Source: Polyangiaceae bacterium (GTDB lineage: Bacteria > Myxococcota_A > Polyangia > Polyangiales > Polyangiaceae). From it: a stretch of DNA of 64,000 nucleotides. Both the position numbers and the translations under genes were made by a program. The notes beneath the pieces are model-generated. The model saw only the letters and a list, made by a program, of their open reading frames with translations, did not search any database and was not told the DNA's origin. The stretch spans positions 1 to 64,000 of the forward strand of contig JANRKO010000082.1 of the NCBI GenBank assembly GCA_033763455.1. Reading direction: 5' to 3'. Positions 46,669 to 55,642 of this stretch are shown here, piece after piece. The first letter of the stretch is position 1; every line of letters begins with the position of its first letter.

Positions 46669-48384
46669 CTAGATTACGGACAAATCGTACAGCGCATCAT
46701 AGCCTTTGACGGTGGCTTCCCAGGAAAAGCTCCGAGCCTTGGCCGCGACCCGGGACAACATGCCTCCGTAAACCTTCTCGTCCTGGAATGCGTGGGTGGC
46801 ACTTTCGAGGCGCGCCGAGAGGGCTTGGACCATCTTTTGGTAGATCGGCACCGTCTGGCGGCCACGAGGAAACTTAGTGATGTGTACTTGCTTCAGTTCC
46901 AGCTCGGGGGATGCGCTCAGGGCTTCCCTAAATAGTAGGCCCGTGGACCGCTCGGGCGCCTCGTCGAGGTCTACCACCTGCGCGATGAGGCCACCCGTGG
47001 CCCGCGCGATTACGGGCGTACCTGCAAAATAAGCCTCGCTTGCCCCGCCAAAAGGCTCGAAGAGAGAAGGGAACACTGAGAACGACGACCCTTCCAAGAT
47101 CTCTTGGTAACCTGCGTTCATCCTAAACGGGAATACCAGCACATCCCCCGCGCGGTATGCGGCGACCTCTCGAAAATCTTCAATGTAGCTCTCGGGGGCG
47201 CCACTCGTATTGGGTGTTAATATAAACTTGGCAGAACCTTTGGGCCAGGCTTCGATGGCTCTGAGCAGAATGTCAAAGCCTTTCTGGCCGGGATCGAGCC
47301 TGCCGAACATGCAGAAGATCGGCACGCGCGGATCCAGTGCGGAAAGGGGCGCATCTTCGCCTGCCGTGAGCTCACCAAATTGGCGAGGGTCGCGAAAGCC
47401 TTCAAGCCAGCTAAGGAGCTTCTTCCGCTTCTCTGCCTTTTCAGCGAGGATCCTTTGCGGCAGGCCGCGCTCAGCCGTGCGCATGGCACTTGCGGAAAAT
47501 GGCTCGGCATCGCGCCCGAAGAAACCGTTCGGAACTCCTACCACAGGCATCTGCCGGAGCTGCTTTTGGAGATGTGGTGCAAACACGGCGGTTTGCAGGG
47601 GATCGTGCGTGAGATCTTGGGCAAATTCACGGCTGACGGTTGAGAGCGGCCCGTAAAGCAACGGTAGCATGATGCCGAGCACTGTATCCGGAGCTCCTTC
47701 GCTCTCGAACGCACGCTCAGTGATCAAAGATAACTCGGTGGTTAGCCCGTGGTCGTAGGAATTGTGCAAGGTAAGGACTACGGACGCGCTCTTTAGAATA
47801 CGGGCCAACAGTGCTTCCCGCACGGTGAGAGCTGCGGAGGCCACCTCCCAATCTTGGGCGTGCACAATCACATTCTCCTGGTGCCCGAGCGCACGGAGGG
47901 CCCTTGGCAGTGCCTGGCAGAAGAACAAGCTATCTAGAAGGAGCTTTCCGGGTTGGTCGTGCGCGTAGGGATTCGTTCCATCGTCGCCGCCTCGTGCGTC
48001 AAAGAAGCCTTCGGCGGAGAGCAAGTACCAGGTAACACCGTTTGCCTCCACGTGTTCAAGTAGGTCCGCTTGGAGGGTGCTCTGGCCAAAGGGAACGTCG
48101 AAGGTAAGCGCAACGGGAAGCTTCGGCGCGCCCTTGAGGCTTCGATGATACGGCGAGAAGGCGACCACCGACACGTGGTGGTTGAGCTCGCCGGTCGCGT
48201 TGAGCGCCACGGGAAAGATCCCGCCGGCTCGGCCGAAGCGGTTTTCATACACGCTGTAGGCAACGGTGCGGGGCGTCGCGATGCCCGGCTGGGAGCGATG
48301 GAAGGCTAGAAATTCTCGCTCCTCCGCGTTGAAGAGGCTGCGTGATGGGTCTCCGGCGGCCAGGTAATCGCGTAGGCGAAGCAA
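46669..48384 (-). CDS. Divergent glycogen/starch synthase-like glycosyltransferase (GT5)
   Basis: RAGGI, HAQDWE, LTLHN, STVS, GVPNG, GRLDPGQKG, PSLFEPFG, ATGGL. Confidence 0.75.
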   Translation of the reverse strand: MLRLRDYLAAGDPSRSLFNAEEREFLAFHRSQPGIATPRTVAYSVYENRFGRAGGIFPVALNATGELNHHVSVVAFSPYHRSLKGAPKLPVALTFDVPFGQSTLQADLLEHVEANGVTWYLLSAEGFFDARGGDDGTNPYAHDQPGKLLLDSLFFCQALPRALRALGHQENVIVHAQDWEVASAALTVREALLARILKSASVVLTLHNSYDHGLTTELSLITERAFESEGAPDTVLGIMLPLLYGPLSTVSREFAQDLTHDPLQTAVFAPHLQKQLRQMPVVGVPNGFFGRDAEPFSASAMRTAERGLPQRILAEKAEKRKKLLSWLEGFRDPRQFGELTAGEDAPLSALDPRVPIFCMFGRLDPGQKGFDILLRAIEAWPKGSAKFILTPNTSGAPESYIEDFREVAAYRAGDVLVFPFRMNAGYQEILEGSSFSVFPSLFEPFGGASEAYFAGTPVIARATGGLIAQVVDLDEAPERSTGLLFREALSASPELELKQVHITKFPRGRQTVPIYQKMVQALSARLESATHAFQDEKVYGGMLSRVAAKARSFSWEATVKGYDALYDLSVI

Positions 48385-48457
48385 GGTGCTTCGGTCCTAT
48401 CCCTGAGGGGCATGCCAGTAAATCCAAATCTTACGCTGCGCGCGGAGAGCCGGCGAT

Positions 48458-49657
48458 TTACATGCAGTTTTGTCGACTGACGATCCATGCGTCGATGAGC
48501 TCGACACCCACTGGATCCACGAGCGCTGAAGCGATAGGGGGCATGCGGTAGGCACCCGGCAAAGCATGCATGCGCAGGCTTAGGATCGACAGCGTCGGTT
48601 TTTGCGGTACCAGCACGAGCGCCCCCGGCACCCCCAAGGTTCCACCGTGTGCGTGGGGTTCCGCGTTGCAAAGGCCCGTCTTCGGGAACTCCGTTGTGAA
48701 CCTGAGATCGAGTGAGTCGAAGCGGCCCCCGGGGGTGTGGCAAACGGCGCAGTTGGCGTGCAGATAGCTGCGCGCTCGGGCCTCAAGCGGTGCCTGGGTA
48801 TTGCTGGGATTCGGGTACGGCGTGGGGCGTGAGGGAAGCGGCCAGGTTTGAAAGGCAGCGTGGCGTGCCAACACCTCTAGTTGATTTTCAATATGGCCGG
48901 TTGCATAGGTAAAGCCGCGATCCAGCTGAGCCGTTTCTAGGCCCAAGCTCACGCCCGCGGGCTCGGTGTGGCACTGAAAACACTCTGAGCGTGAAGGAAA
49001 GTGCCAGATTTGATTTCCCGCTGGTGTCGGGAACGAACGATCGACGCCCACGAGCGCATCGGGAAGAACTTCTGCGTCGGTCTGCTCCGCATTCCACGCG
49101 TAGCTGTAGCCCGCCCACGAGGTTTCCCCAAAACGCATGAGCAGCCGGGTTTCGATCAAACGCCCAGCGAGCTCGAACGTTTTCATCAGCACGGTGCCAA
49201 CGGGCAGTTCCCAATCCCCATCCACGCTCGGCTTACCGGTACCGGGTGCACACGCATTTGGCGTTTTTTTGCAATCTTTGACGCGGATTTTGGCGTTTTC
49301 AGGCAACGCGATGAAGCGACCTTTCGTGGCTCCATCCGACCACAGTGGGCTGTTGACGTCGTAGGGGATGAGGCTGGGGGCCGCGGCTTTCGGGTTCTTG
49401 GGATCGACGCAGCCGGTTTGGCTGAGCTTCGCGCTCGGTGACCGAACGTTCATGAACAGCTTGCAGGTTTGTGCCGGGAGCTTGCGCGTTGGATCGTAAG
49501 CGACACTGGCTTTGGCCGCTTGAATTGGTGGTCCTGGGGATGCCTCGCGAGCCTTGGAACAAGCTATAGGAGCTACGGCCAGAAGTAACCGAGCGAAGCC
49601 CAGTTTCCATTTCGGGTCGGTCGTGAGGCTGAGGTGCGATGTCACTCGCGGCAGCAT
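48458..49657 (-). CDS. SO2930-like di-heme cytochrome c lipoprotein
   Basis: Lipobox PIAC; LSQTG, YDVNSPLWSDGA, PVGTVLMKTF, IETRLL, CFQCH, RARSYLHANCAVCH, RMPP. Confidence 0.85.
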   Translation of the reverse strand: MLPRVTSHLSLTTDPKWKLGFARLLLAVAPIACSKAREASPGPPIQAAKASVAYDPTRKLPAQTCKLFMNVRSPSAKLSQTGCVDPKNPKAAAPSLIPYDVNSPLWSDGATKGRFIALPENAKIRVKDCKKTPNACAPGTGKPSVDGDWELPVGTVLMKTFELAGRLIETRLLMRFGETSWAGYSYAWNAEQTDAEVLPDALVGVDRSFPTPAGNQIWHFPSRSECFQCHTEPAGVSLGLETAQLDRGFTYATGHIENQLEVLARHAAFQTWPLPSRPTPYPNPSNTQAPLEARARSYLHANCAVCHTPGGRFDSLDLRFTTEFPKTGLCNAEPHAHGGTLGVPGALVLVPQKPTLSILSLRMHALPGAYRMPPIASALVDPVGVELIDAWIVSRQNCM

Positions 49658-49691
49658 GGCGCGAATGCTAGCATTGCATCCGCTTACCTCT

Positions 49692-51200
49692 ATGCCTCAA
49701 ACACGCGTTACTCGTTCTTTGCTGTTTTATCCTGCGTTCGTGTTGGCCCTGGGTGTGGTCGTTGCTTGGCCGTGTGCGGCAAGTGCGCAAATCGAACCGG
49801 GCGACCCAGCGGCTCATTTGGAAGCCGCAGTGTTCATGGCGGGCTTGGATGGGCCGACCGACATCGCTGTGCTGGGGGATGGGCGTTCGGTGGTGGTGGA
49901 GCGTGGTGGTGCCATTCTCTTGGTTGGCCACAAGGAGGGCTGGCTCGACAAGGAGGCTGGAAAGATTGTGGTGCGCCCTGAGGATACCGAACAGGGGCTA
50001 CTGGGCGTTGTGGCCCATCCAGACTTCGCTCAGAACAGCACCCTCTACTTCTACGCGTCTGTCGATTCCAACGCTGCCAACAAGAACAAGGTTCTGAAGG
50101 GGGTTCTCGGCATAGACGGCAAGGTCGTGGTAGATGTCGAGCATCCGGTTATCGACAAAGGCCTCGAAGGTCCACGCAATCACAACGGAGGGGGCCTGTT
50201 TATCCACAAGCGCCAGCTTTACATCTCGGTGGGTGATACGGGTTACAACCCCGAGTATAACGCCCCAGGGAGCCTCGCGATCCCAATCAATAAGTACGCG
50301 AGCTGCTTGAACAAGGCCAATGGGAGCATTTTACGCATCAATCTGGACGGCAGCATTCCGGACGACAATCCGCTGGTACAAGAGAAAGTGGTTACCGGTT
50401 GCGATCGCCCGAACCCTCCGCCGAACACGCCTGCGGATAAACGCTTCAACAAGCCGTTCAAAGATTCCCGAACGCCCGACAAGCGCATTTACGCCTGGGG
50501 TGTGCGCAACGGGTGGCGTTTTTGGATAGATCCAAAGACGGATTTGCTCTGGATTGGGGACGTTGGGGAGTTTCAGGAAGAGGAAATCTCGGTTGGCGGC
50601 AAGGGCACGCACTTTGGGTTTCCCTTCATGGAGGGCATGCACCGCTATCCGGAGCGAAAAGGCTGGCGCATCAACGATTGCACCGCCATGAAGCCCTCGC
50701 GGCCGTGCACTCTACCCGTGTTCTCTTACCCGAACCGTGCGGATCGCGCGACGAAGAAGGGTGAAGATAGCGTCGTGGTGGGTGGGCTCATCATCGACGA
50801 TGAACGTTGGCCAACCGGCTACCGTGGGCACTATTTCTTTGGGGATTTCGAGAGTGGTCGGATTTGGACGTTGGCTGTGTCTGCGGACCGCAAAAGCGTG
50901 GATCCTGCTTCGTTGCGGCAGATAGCTAGAGTGCCCTACCTATCTGGCTTTCGCCTTGGCCCGGATGGCGGTCTTTACGTGGTGAGCTTCGGGGGGAACA
51001 ACGTGGTGCGCATTTCTCCGAAGGTTCCGGTTGTGCCCCCACCGAAGCCTGCTGTTGCCACGCCCAAAGTTGAAGAACCCGTGGATAGGGCTGGTTATGC
51101 GAAGGAGCCGTCGTGGGGCCAAAAAGCATTCCTAGCTTTGGGGGGCTCGGCCCTTCTCGCGCTTGGGCTAGCGCTGTGGCGGCGCCGAACCAAGCGGTAG
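49692..51200 (+). CDS. PQQ-dependent sugar dehydrogenase (GSDH/sGDH-like beta-propeller) with C-terminal TM anchor
   Basis: EQGLLGVVAHPDF, NHNGGGL, LYISVGD, GSIPDDNP, IYAWGVRN, GDVG; signal peptide and C-terminal TM followed by RRR. Confidence 0.88.
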   Translation: MPQTRVTRSLLFYPAFVLALGVVVAWPCAASAQIEPGDPAAHLEAAVFMAGLDGPTDIAVLGDGRSVVVERGGAILLVGHKEGWLDKEAGKIVVRPEDTEQGLLGVVAHPDFAQNSTLYFYASVDSNAANKNKVLKGVLGIDGKVVVDVEHPVIDKGLEGPRNHNGGGLFIHKRQLYISVGDTGYNPEYNAPGSLAIPINKYASCLNKANGSILRINLDGSIPDDNPLVQEKVVTGCDRPNPPPNTPADKRFNKPFKDSRTPDKRIYAWGVRNGWRFWIDPKTDLLWIGDVGEFQEEEISVGGKGTHFGFPFMEGMHRYPERKGWRINDCTAMKPSRPCTLPVFSYPNRADRATKKGEDSVVVGGLIIDDERWPTGYRGHYFFGDFESGRIWTLAVSADRKSVDPASLRQIARVPYLSGFRLGPDGGLYVVSFGGNNVVRISPKVPVVPPPKPAVATPKVEEPVDRAGYAKEPSWGQKAFLALGGSALLALGLALWRRRTKR

Positions 51201-51207
51201 GCTAGTG

Positions 51208-51876
51208 CTAACTCTGAGGCTGGAGCGGTTGGCGTGCCGAGGCGCTCATTTGGCGGAAATGATGCATTACCTGTGGGCGACCGAGATAGACTAACACGAA
51301 AATAGCGAACGCGAGGTTGAAGGCCGTAAATCCAAATGTCCACGCGTAACCGAATATTTTCATGACCACTAGGCTAGCGTCCACGACGTGTTCCGCACTG
51401 TGGTTCAGATCGGCCGCTGGTTTCAGCACTCCACCCATGAGGTTCACGGTCTCAAGTTGGATCCTCACGGTTGGATAGACGGCGAGGAGCACTCGCAAGA
51501 TGCTGACAGCTGCTCCCCATTTCTGGAGTCGAGGGCCCGCCTCGCGCCAACCCAGAGTCCAAAGGCTTCCCAGGGCAAAGGTTGCACATTGTATCAACCC
51601 AAGTACGGCCACGGGCACAAGCCACGGCCACAAGGTGCGCGGGAAGTTGACCGCTCGGTCCATCATGTCCTGCATACGCGCGAGGGAAACGCCCGGAGAT
51701 TGCGGGAACTCTACTTTGCGGCCCACAAGCTCTCCGACGACGCTTACGCTTCCGACGAGCCCAATCAACGCAAAAACAAATCCAAGAATACAGAGCACTA
51801 AAAGTGCGTGCGGGCGCGTGCCTTGCGCTGCTCGGCTACGAATGCTCTGCGGATAACCAGGCACCTGTTGCTTCAC
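51208..51876 (-). CDS. Hypothetical integral membrane protein (about 4 TM)
   Basis: Four hydrophobic segments; GTGA overlap with the ABC-F stop. Confidence 0.65.
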   Translation of the reverse strand: MKQQVPGYPQSIRSRAAQGTRPHALLVLCILGFVFALIGLVGSVSVVGELVGRKVEFPQSPGVSLARMQDMMDRAVNFPRTLWPWLVPVAVLGLIQCATFALGSLWTLGWREAGPRLQKWGAAVSILRVLLAVYPTVRIQLETVNLMGGVLKPAADLNHSAEHVVDASLVVMKIFGYAWTFGFTAFNLAFAIFVLVYLGRPQVMHHFRQMSASARQPLQPQS

Positions 51877-53795
51877 GACGTGCTCGCTTCTTGCTTTTGT
51901 TCGAGCGCCTCCCAGCGAGCCGTGAGCTTTGCCACCTCGGCCTGGGCGCGGTCGAGCTCAGCTTTCAAGCGCAGCGAGCCCTCCTTGTCTTTGTAGAGCT
52001 CGGGGTTGGCTAGTTGCTGCTCGATTTCGGCCACGCGCGCTTCAGCCGCTGCAACCTGATCCAAGATGCCAGCGAATTCCTTGCGTTCCGCTTGGGTTAG
52101 CCCTGGGCCTTTGGGCTTGTTACTCGGTCTTTCTGGGCGCACGTAGGTGCCATCCGCTTTGTCGCGGGCAACATCACGGCGCTCTTCAGCCTTCTCGATC
52201 GCGCGCGTTGCCTGGTAAGCGGAAAAGTTCCCAGGGTAGAGTCGAACGCGGCCGTCTCCCAAAAACGCTAGGATGCTGGTTGCGAAACGGTCCAAGAAAT
52301 AGCGATCGTGGGTGACCACGAGGGCAGCTCCCGCAAACGTCTGCAGCAGATCTTCAAGCGCTCCGAGCGTTGCGGTATCAAGATCGTTGGTGGGCTCATC
52401 GAGAAGCAGGACGTTCGCTGAGCCCTGGAGCATTTTCGCGAGACCCACGCGTGCTCGTTCGCCACCGGAGAGCGAACCGACAGGTTGGCGGACCTTGTCA
52501 GCAAAGAACAAGAACTTCTCAAGGTAACTGTAGGTGGAAATCTCTTGCCCCGCCCATGGCAACGATCGGCGATCCCCCGCAACGTTCTCCTGTATCGATA
52601 GCTTATCGTCGAGGTTGGAGCGCGCTTGGTCGAAGTAGGCAAAAACGGTGTTTTTTCCGATTTTTGCCTGGCCCCGAGTCGGGGCGAGAGCTCCGGTGAT
52701 GCACTTAAGAAGCGTCGTCTTGCCGGTGCCGTTGGTGCCGATGATACCCACGCGATCACCGCGCCTCAAATGGAGCGTCAGCGAATCGATCAGGGTTCGC
52801 CCTTCTATATCTAGGCCAACATCCGAGAGCTCTAGAATGCTCCCTCCAGTACGCTGGCTGCTCATTGCGAGTTCAACCGTGTCGTGTGTTCGTTGCGGCG
52901 CTTGCGCTACAGCCGTTTCAGCGCGCGAAATGCGAGCCTTCTGCTTGCCGGTGCGCGCTTTGGGCTGACGCCTCAGCCATTCAAGCTCCGTGCGGAGAAA
53001 ATTCTGGCGGTTGGATTCGGTGCGGTCTAGGTGCGACTGACGCTCGGCCTTGGCCTGGAGGTACAGCTCCCATCCGCCTTCGTAGCGAAATACATTGCCG
53101 CCGTCGAGTTCCCAGGTTTGCTGAGCGATGCGATCCAGAAAATAACGATCATGTGTGACTAGGAGCAGAGCGCCCTGAAACTGGTCCAAGAAATACTCTT
53201 CAAGCCACTCAATCGTCTCGACGTCCAAGTGATTGGTGGGTTCGTCGAGGATTGCCAGATCGGGTGCGAGGGTGAGCAAGCGAGCCAAAGCGACTCGTCG
53301 GCGCTCCCCGCCGCTCATGGTTCCGATCAATTGCCCTGGGCGTTTGATGCCTAGCTCTGTGAGCATGGCTTCGGCTCGTGACTGAACCGCCCAACCCCCG
53401 GCGAGCTCCAAGGCTGCTGCGGCATCTGCTTGCTGTTGGAGCAGGGCGTCGAGGTCGCCGGTTTGGGTCTCAAGCTGTCGAGAAACCTGGTCGTGTTCTT
53501 GCTTGGCGATGCGCCAGGCGGTTAGGCCATCAAGCGCCGTATCAAGCGCCGAGCGATCTTCGGGAAAACGAGGTTCCTGCGACAAGTATTCAATGGTGCT
53601 GCCTCGGCGGCGAGAAATTATGCCCCCATCTGCCTGCTGGATACCTGCCAAAATCTGCGCGAGGGTGCTTTTCCCCGTCCCATTGTTGCCCACGAGGCCA
53701 ATGCGTTGACCCGAGTGAATCGACACTGAAACCCCCCGAAACAAGCGTTGGGGGCCGAAGCTCTTCTCTAGATCTTGCGCGGTAAGAATCGGCAC
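51873..53795 (-). CDS. ABC-F family ATPase, Uup-like
   Basis: Two ABC cassettes (GNNGTGKS, MSGGE, LDEPTNHLD; GTNGTGKT, LSGGE, LDEPTNDLD), ELEWLRRQPKAR linker, C-terminal coiled coil ending RWEALE. Confidence 0.92.
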   Translation of the reverse strand: MPILTAQDLEKSFGPQRLFRGVSVSIHSGQRIGLVGNNGTGKSTLAQILAGIQQADGGIISRRRGSTIEYLSQEPRFPEDRSALDTALDGLTAWRIAKQEHDQVSRQLETQTGDLDALLQQQADAAAALELAGGWAVQSRAEAMLTELGIKRPGQLIGTMSGGERRRVALARLLTLAPDLAILDEPTNHLDVETIEWLEEYFLDQFQGALLLVTHDRYFLDRIAQQTWELDGGNVFRYEGGWELYLQAKAERQSHLDRTESNRQNFLRTELEWLRRQPKARTGKQKARISRAETAVAQAPQRTHDTVELAMSSQRTGGSILELSDVGLDIEGRTLIDSLTLHLRRGDRVGIIGTNGTGKTTLLKCITGALAPTRGQAKIGKNTVFAYFDQARSNLDDKLSIQENVAGDRRSLPWAGQEISTYSYLEKFLFFADKVRQPVGSLSGGERARVGLAKMLQGSANVLLLDEPTNDLDTATLGALEDLLQTFAGAALVVTHDRYFLDRFATSILAFLGDGRVRLYPGNFSAYQATRAIEKAEERRDVARDKADGTYVRPERPSNKPKGPGLTQAERKEFAGILDQVAAAEARVAEIEQQLANPELYKDKEGSLRLKAELDRAQAEVAKLTARWEALEQKQEASTS

Positions 53796-53982
53796 GGTGA
53801 CAACTTAACGCGAGCTGCGAAGGGGGTGGAATGGCGGCGAGGGAGGAGAGCCAGGCTTGTTTCGCTCAACGATGTGCCCGTTCCCGAACATCACCCAAGG
53901 CTCACGGCGCACGGCCTGCCAGGTTTACGGCGGAAGGTCAAGCGGTCGCCCGGTGGGCCAGTTGGGCCTCATTTGGCCTCGC

Positions 53983-54022
53983 GCATTGCAGCTGTTCTCT
54001 TTTGCATTGCAGTTTTGCAATG
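53983..54022. promoter_or_regulatory. Direct and inverted CATTGCA repeats, candidate operator
   Basis: GCATTGCAG at 53983 and 54004 (21-bp spacing); palindrome CATTGCA-N4-TGCAATG at 54005-54022. Confidence 0.45.
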
Positions 54023-54091
54023 TGAGGGCCTGGGTGCGCTGCCGGGAATCGCAATCGGATGACAAAAGGAAATGTAACCGTTGATTCGGCG

Positions 54092-54151
54092 TTGACGTAA
54101 CGCCTCATCTGATTAATGTTTGGGTCGAAACTTTGAACGGACAACGTTCAA
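54092..54151 (+). promoter_or_regulatory. Sigma70-type promoter with downstream palindrome
   Basis: TTGACG (54092)-16 bp-TAATGT (54114) in an AT-rich patch; TTGAACG-N5-CGTTCAA at 54133-54151. Confidence 0.5.
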
Positions 54152-54174
54152 CCAACCAAGAGAGAAGAATACAA

Positions 54175-54783
54175 ATGCCGAGACGAGGTAACCTCAGACA
54201 TGGACACGCCCTGAGGGGGGACACGTCACCGGAGTATCATATCTGGCGATCGATGTGGGCCCGTTGCACGAATTCTAACGTTCCGAGTTACAAGAACTAC
54301 GGCGGTCGCGGCATTACTGTTGCGCCGCGCTGGGAGAACTTCGAGAACTTTCTAAAGGACATGGGGCCGCGCCCTGCGGACACCCGCCTTGGCCGTGAGA
54401 ACATCGACAAAGGCTACACGCCTCAGAATTGTCGTTGGGTATCGCTCGCTGAGAGCATGAATAACCGAACGGACAGCAAGTTCGTGAAGTACAAAGGCAA
54501 GGAACGCACGCTCGCACAGTGGTCGGACGTTCTCGGTATCAAGCGCTCCACGCTTTGGCACCGCCTTGCTAAGGGGTGGTCTGTCGAAGAAGCGTTCGCT
54601 CCGCCGACGCGTACATCGACGGGTGGCCAGAAGCCTGCGAAGAAAGCCGCTTCTAAGGCAGCCGCAAAAGGCGCTCCTAAGAAGGCAGCCGCCAAGGCAC
54701 TTCCTGCCAAAGCAGCCGCTCCCAAGGCCAAGAAGGCACCGGCAAAGAAGAAGAAGGCCGCCAAAAAAGGCCGCGGTCGCTAA
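54175..54783 (+). CDS. Phage HNH-like (YGGRGI family) domain + HTH-like domain + histone-H1-like Lys/Ala/Pro tail
   Basis: EYHIWRSMWARC, YKNYGGRGITV, FLKDMGPRP, GYTPQNCRW, TLAQWSDVLGI...LAKGWSVEEA; last 50 aa contain 18 Lys, 2 Arg and no acidic residue. Confidence 0.85.
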   Translation: MPRRGNLRHGHALRGDTSPEYHIWRSMWARCTNSNVPSYKNYGGRGITVAPRWENFENFLKDMGPRPADTRLGRENIDKGYTPQNCRWVSLAESMNNRTDSKFVKYKGKERTLAQWSDVLGIKRSTLWHRLAKGWSVEEAFAPPTRTSTGGQKPAKKAASKAAAKGAPKKAAAKALPAKAAAPKAKKAPAKKKKAAKKGRGR

Positions 54784-54889
54784 GCTTCACGCGTAAGTAA
54801 GTCGGCATCCTGTCCGCGCGTGCTTTGCAGCCTGAAGCGCGCGCGGCGGGGCTGGCGTCTGCCAGGCTTTGAAGGCAAGCTTGGGGACA

Positions 54890-55642
54890 ATGTGTGGTCG
54901 GTATTCGAACACCGCGGAGTTAAGTGAGATCGCCCTCACGTTCGACGCCGATGTCAGCCAAGTGAGTGGTTGGCGCCCCACTTACAACATCTCGCCCTCG
55001 TGGGGCCCGGGTTTTGAACAGCTGATAGTTGTTGCACCCGGTGAAGCCGAGCGCTCGGTTCGGTTAGCTCGGTTTTGGTTGATTCCTAAGTTTTGGAAGA
55101 AGCCGCTCAAGGAGCTCCCTACGGCGTTCAACGCCCGCTCCGAAGACATTGAGCGGCGTGCGTTCTTTCGCGAATCATTGCGTGCCCAACGTTGTTTGAT
55201 TCCGGCCACGGGCTGGCGCGAGTTCGTGGGTAATCAGGGTAAAAAGCAGCCTTTTCACTTTCGGTCGGAGGCTCCGCTCTTTGCTTTCGCGGGGCTTTGG
55301 TCAAGCTGGGTTTCTCCCGAGGGGGTGGGGGTAGATACGTTTGCCATCATCACCACAGCTCCAGGCCCAACCGCCCGGGCCGTGCATGATCGCATGCCGT
55401 TGGCTATGCCCCCGACTTTGTACGGGGATTGGTTGGGCAACCAAGTGGCTCCCGAAGCGTGCTTGGAGGAAGCCATCCAAGTCAGTCTGAGCGCTCCGCT
55501 TTCGGTCTACGCCTCCGATCCGATCGGTAACAATCCACGTTTTGAGGGTCCGGAGGTGTTAAAGGCGGCGCCGCAGCCACAGCAAGGAGCCCTGTTCGGT
55601 GCCACCGTGCAACGTGGGGCGAGCTCCAAGACGAAGCGCTAG
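54890..55642 (+). CDS. SOS response-associated peptidase (SRAP/YedK/HMCES family)
   Basis: N-terminal MCGRY, YNISP, FNARSE, RCLIPATGWRE, FAFAGLW, HDRMP. Confidence 0.92.
   Translation: MCGRYSNTAELSEIALTFDADVSQVSGWRPTYNISPSWGPGFEQLIVVAPGEAERSVRLARFWLIPKFWKKPLKELPTAFNARSEDIERRAFFRESLRAQRCLIPATGWREFVGNQGKKQPFHFRSEAPLFAFAGLWSSWVSPEGVGVDTFAIITTAPGPTARAVHDRMPLAMPPTLYGDWLGNQVAPEACLEEAIQVSLSAPLSVYASDPIGNNPRFEGPEVLKAAPQPQQGALFGATVQRGASSKTKR

Noticed and set aside
53906..53920. CGGCGC-N5-CTGC as a third sigma54 promoter
   Set aside because: GG-N10-GC spacing holds, but there are several mismatches in GC-rich DNA and a better sigma70-like promoter lies closer to the gene.
53796..55642. Prophage or mobile intron around the HNH-like gene
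   Set aside because: No integrase, structural gene, att-like repeat or interrupted host gene; the flanks are ordinary chromosomal genes.
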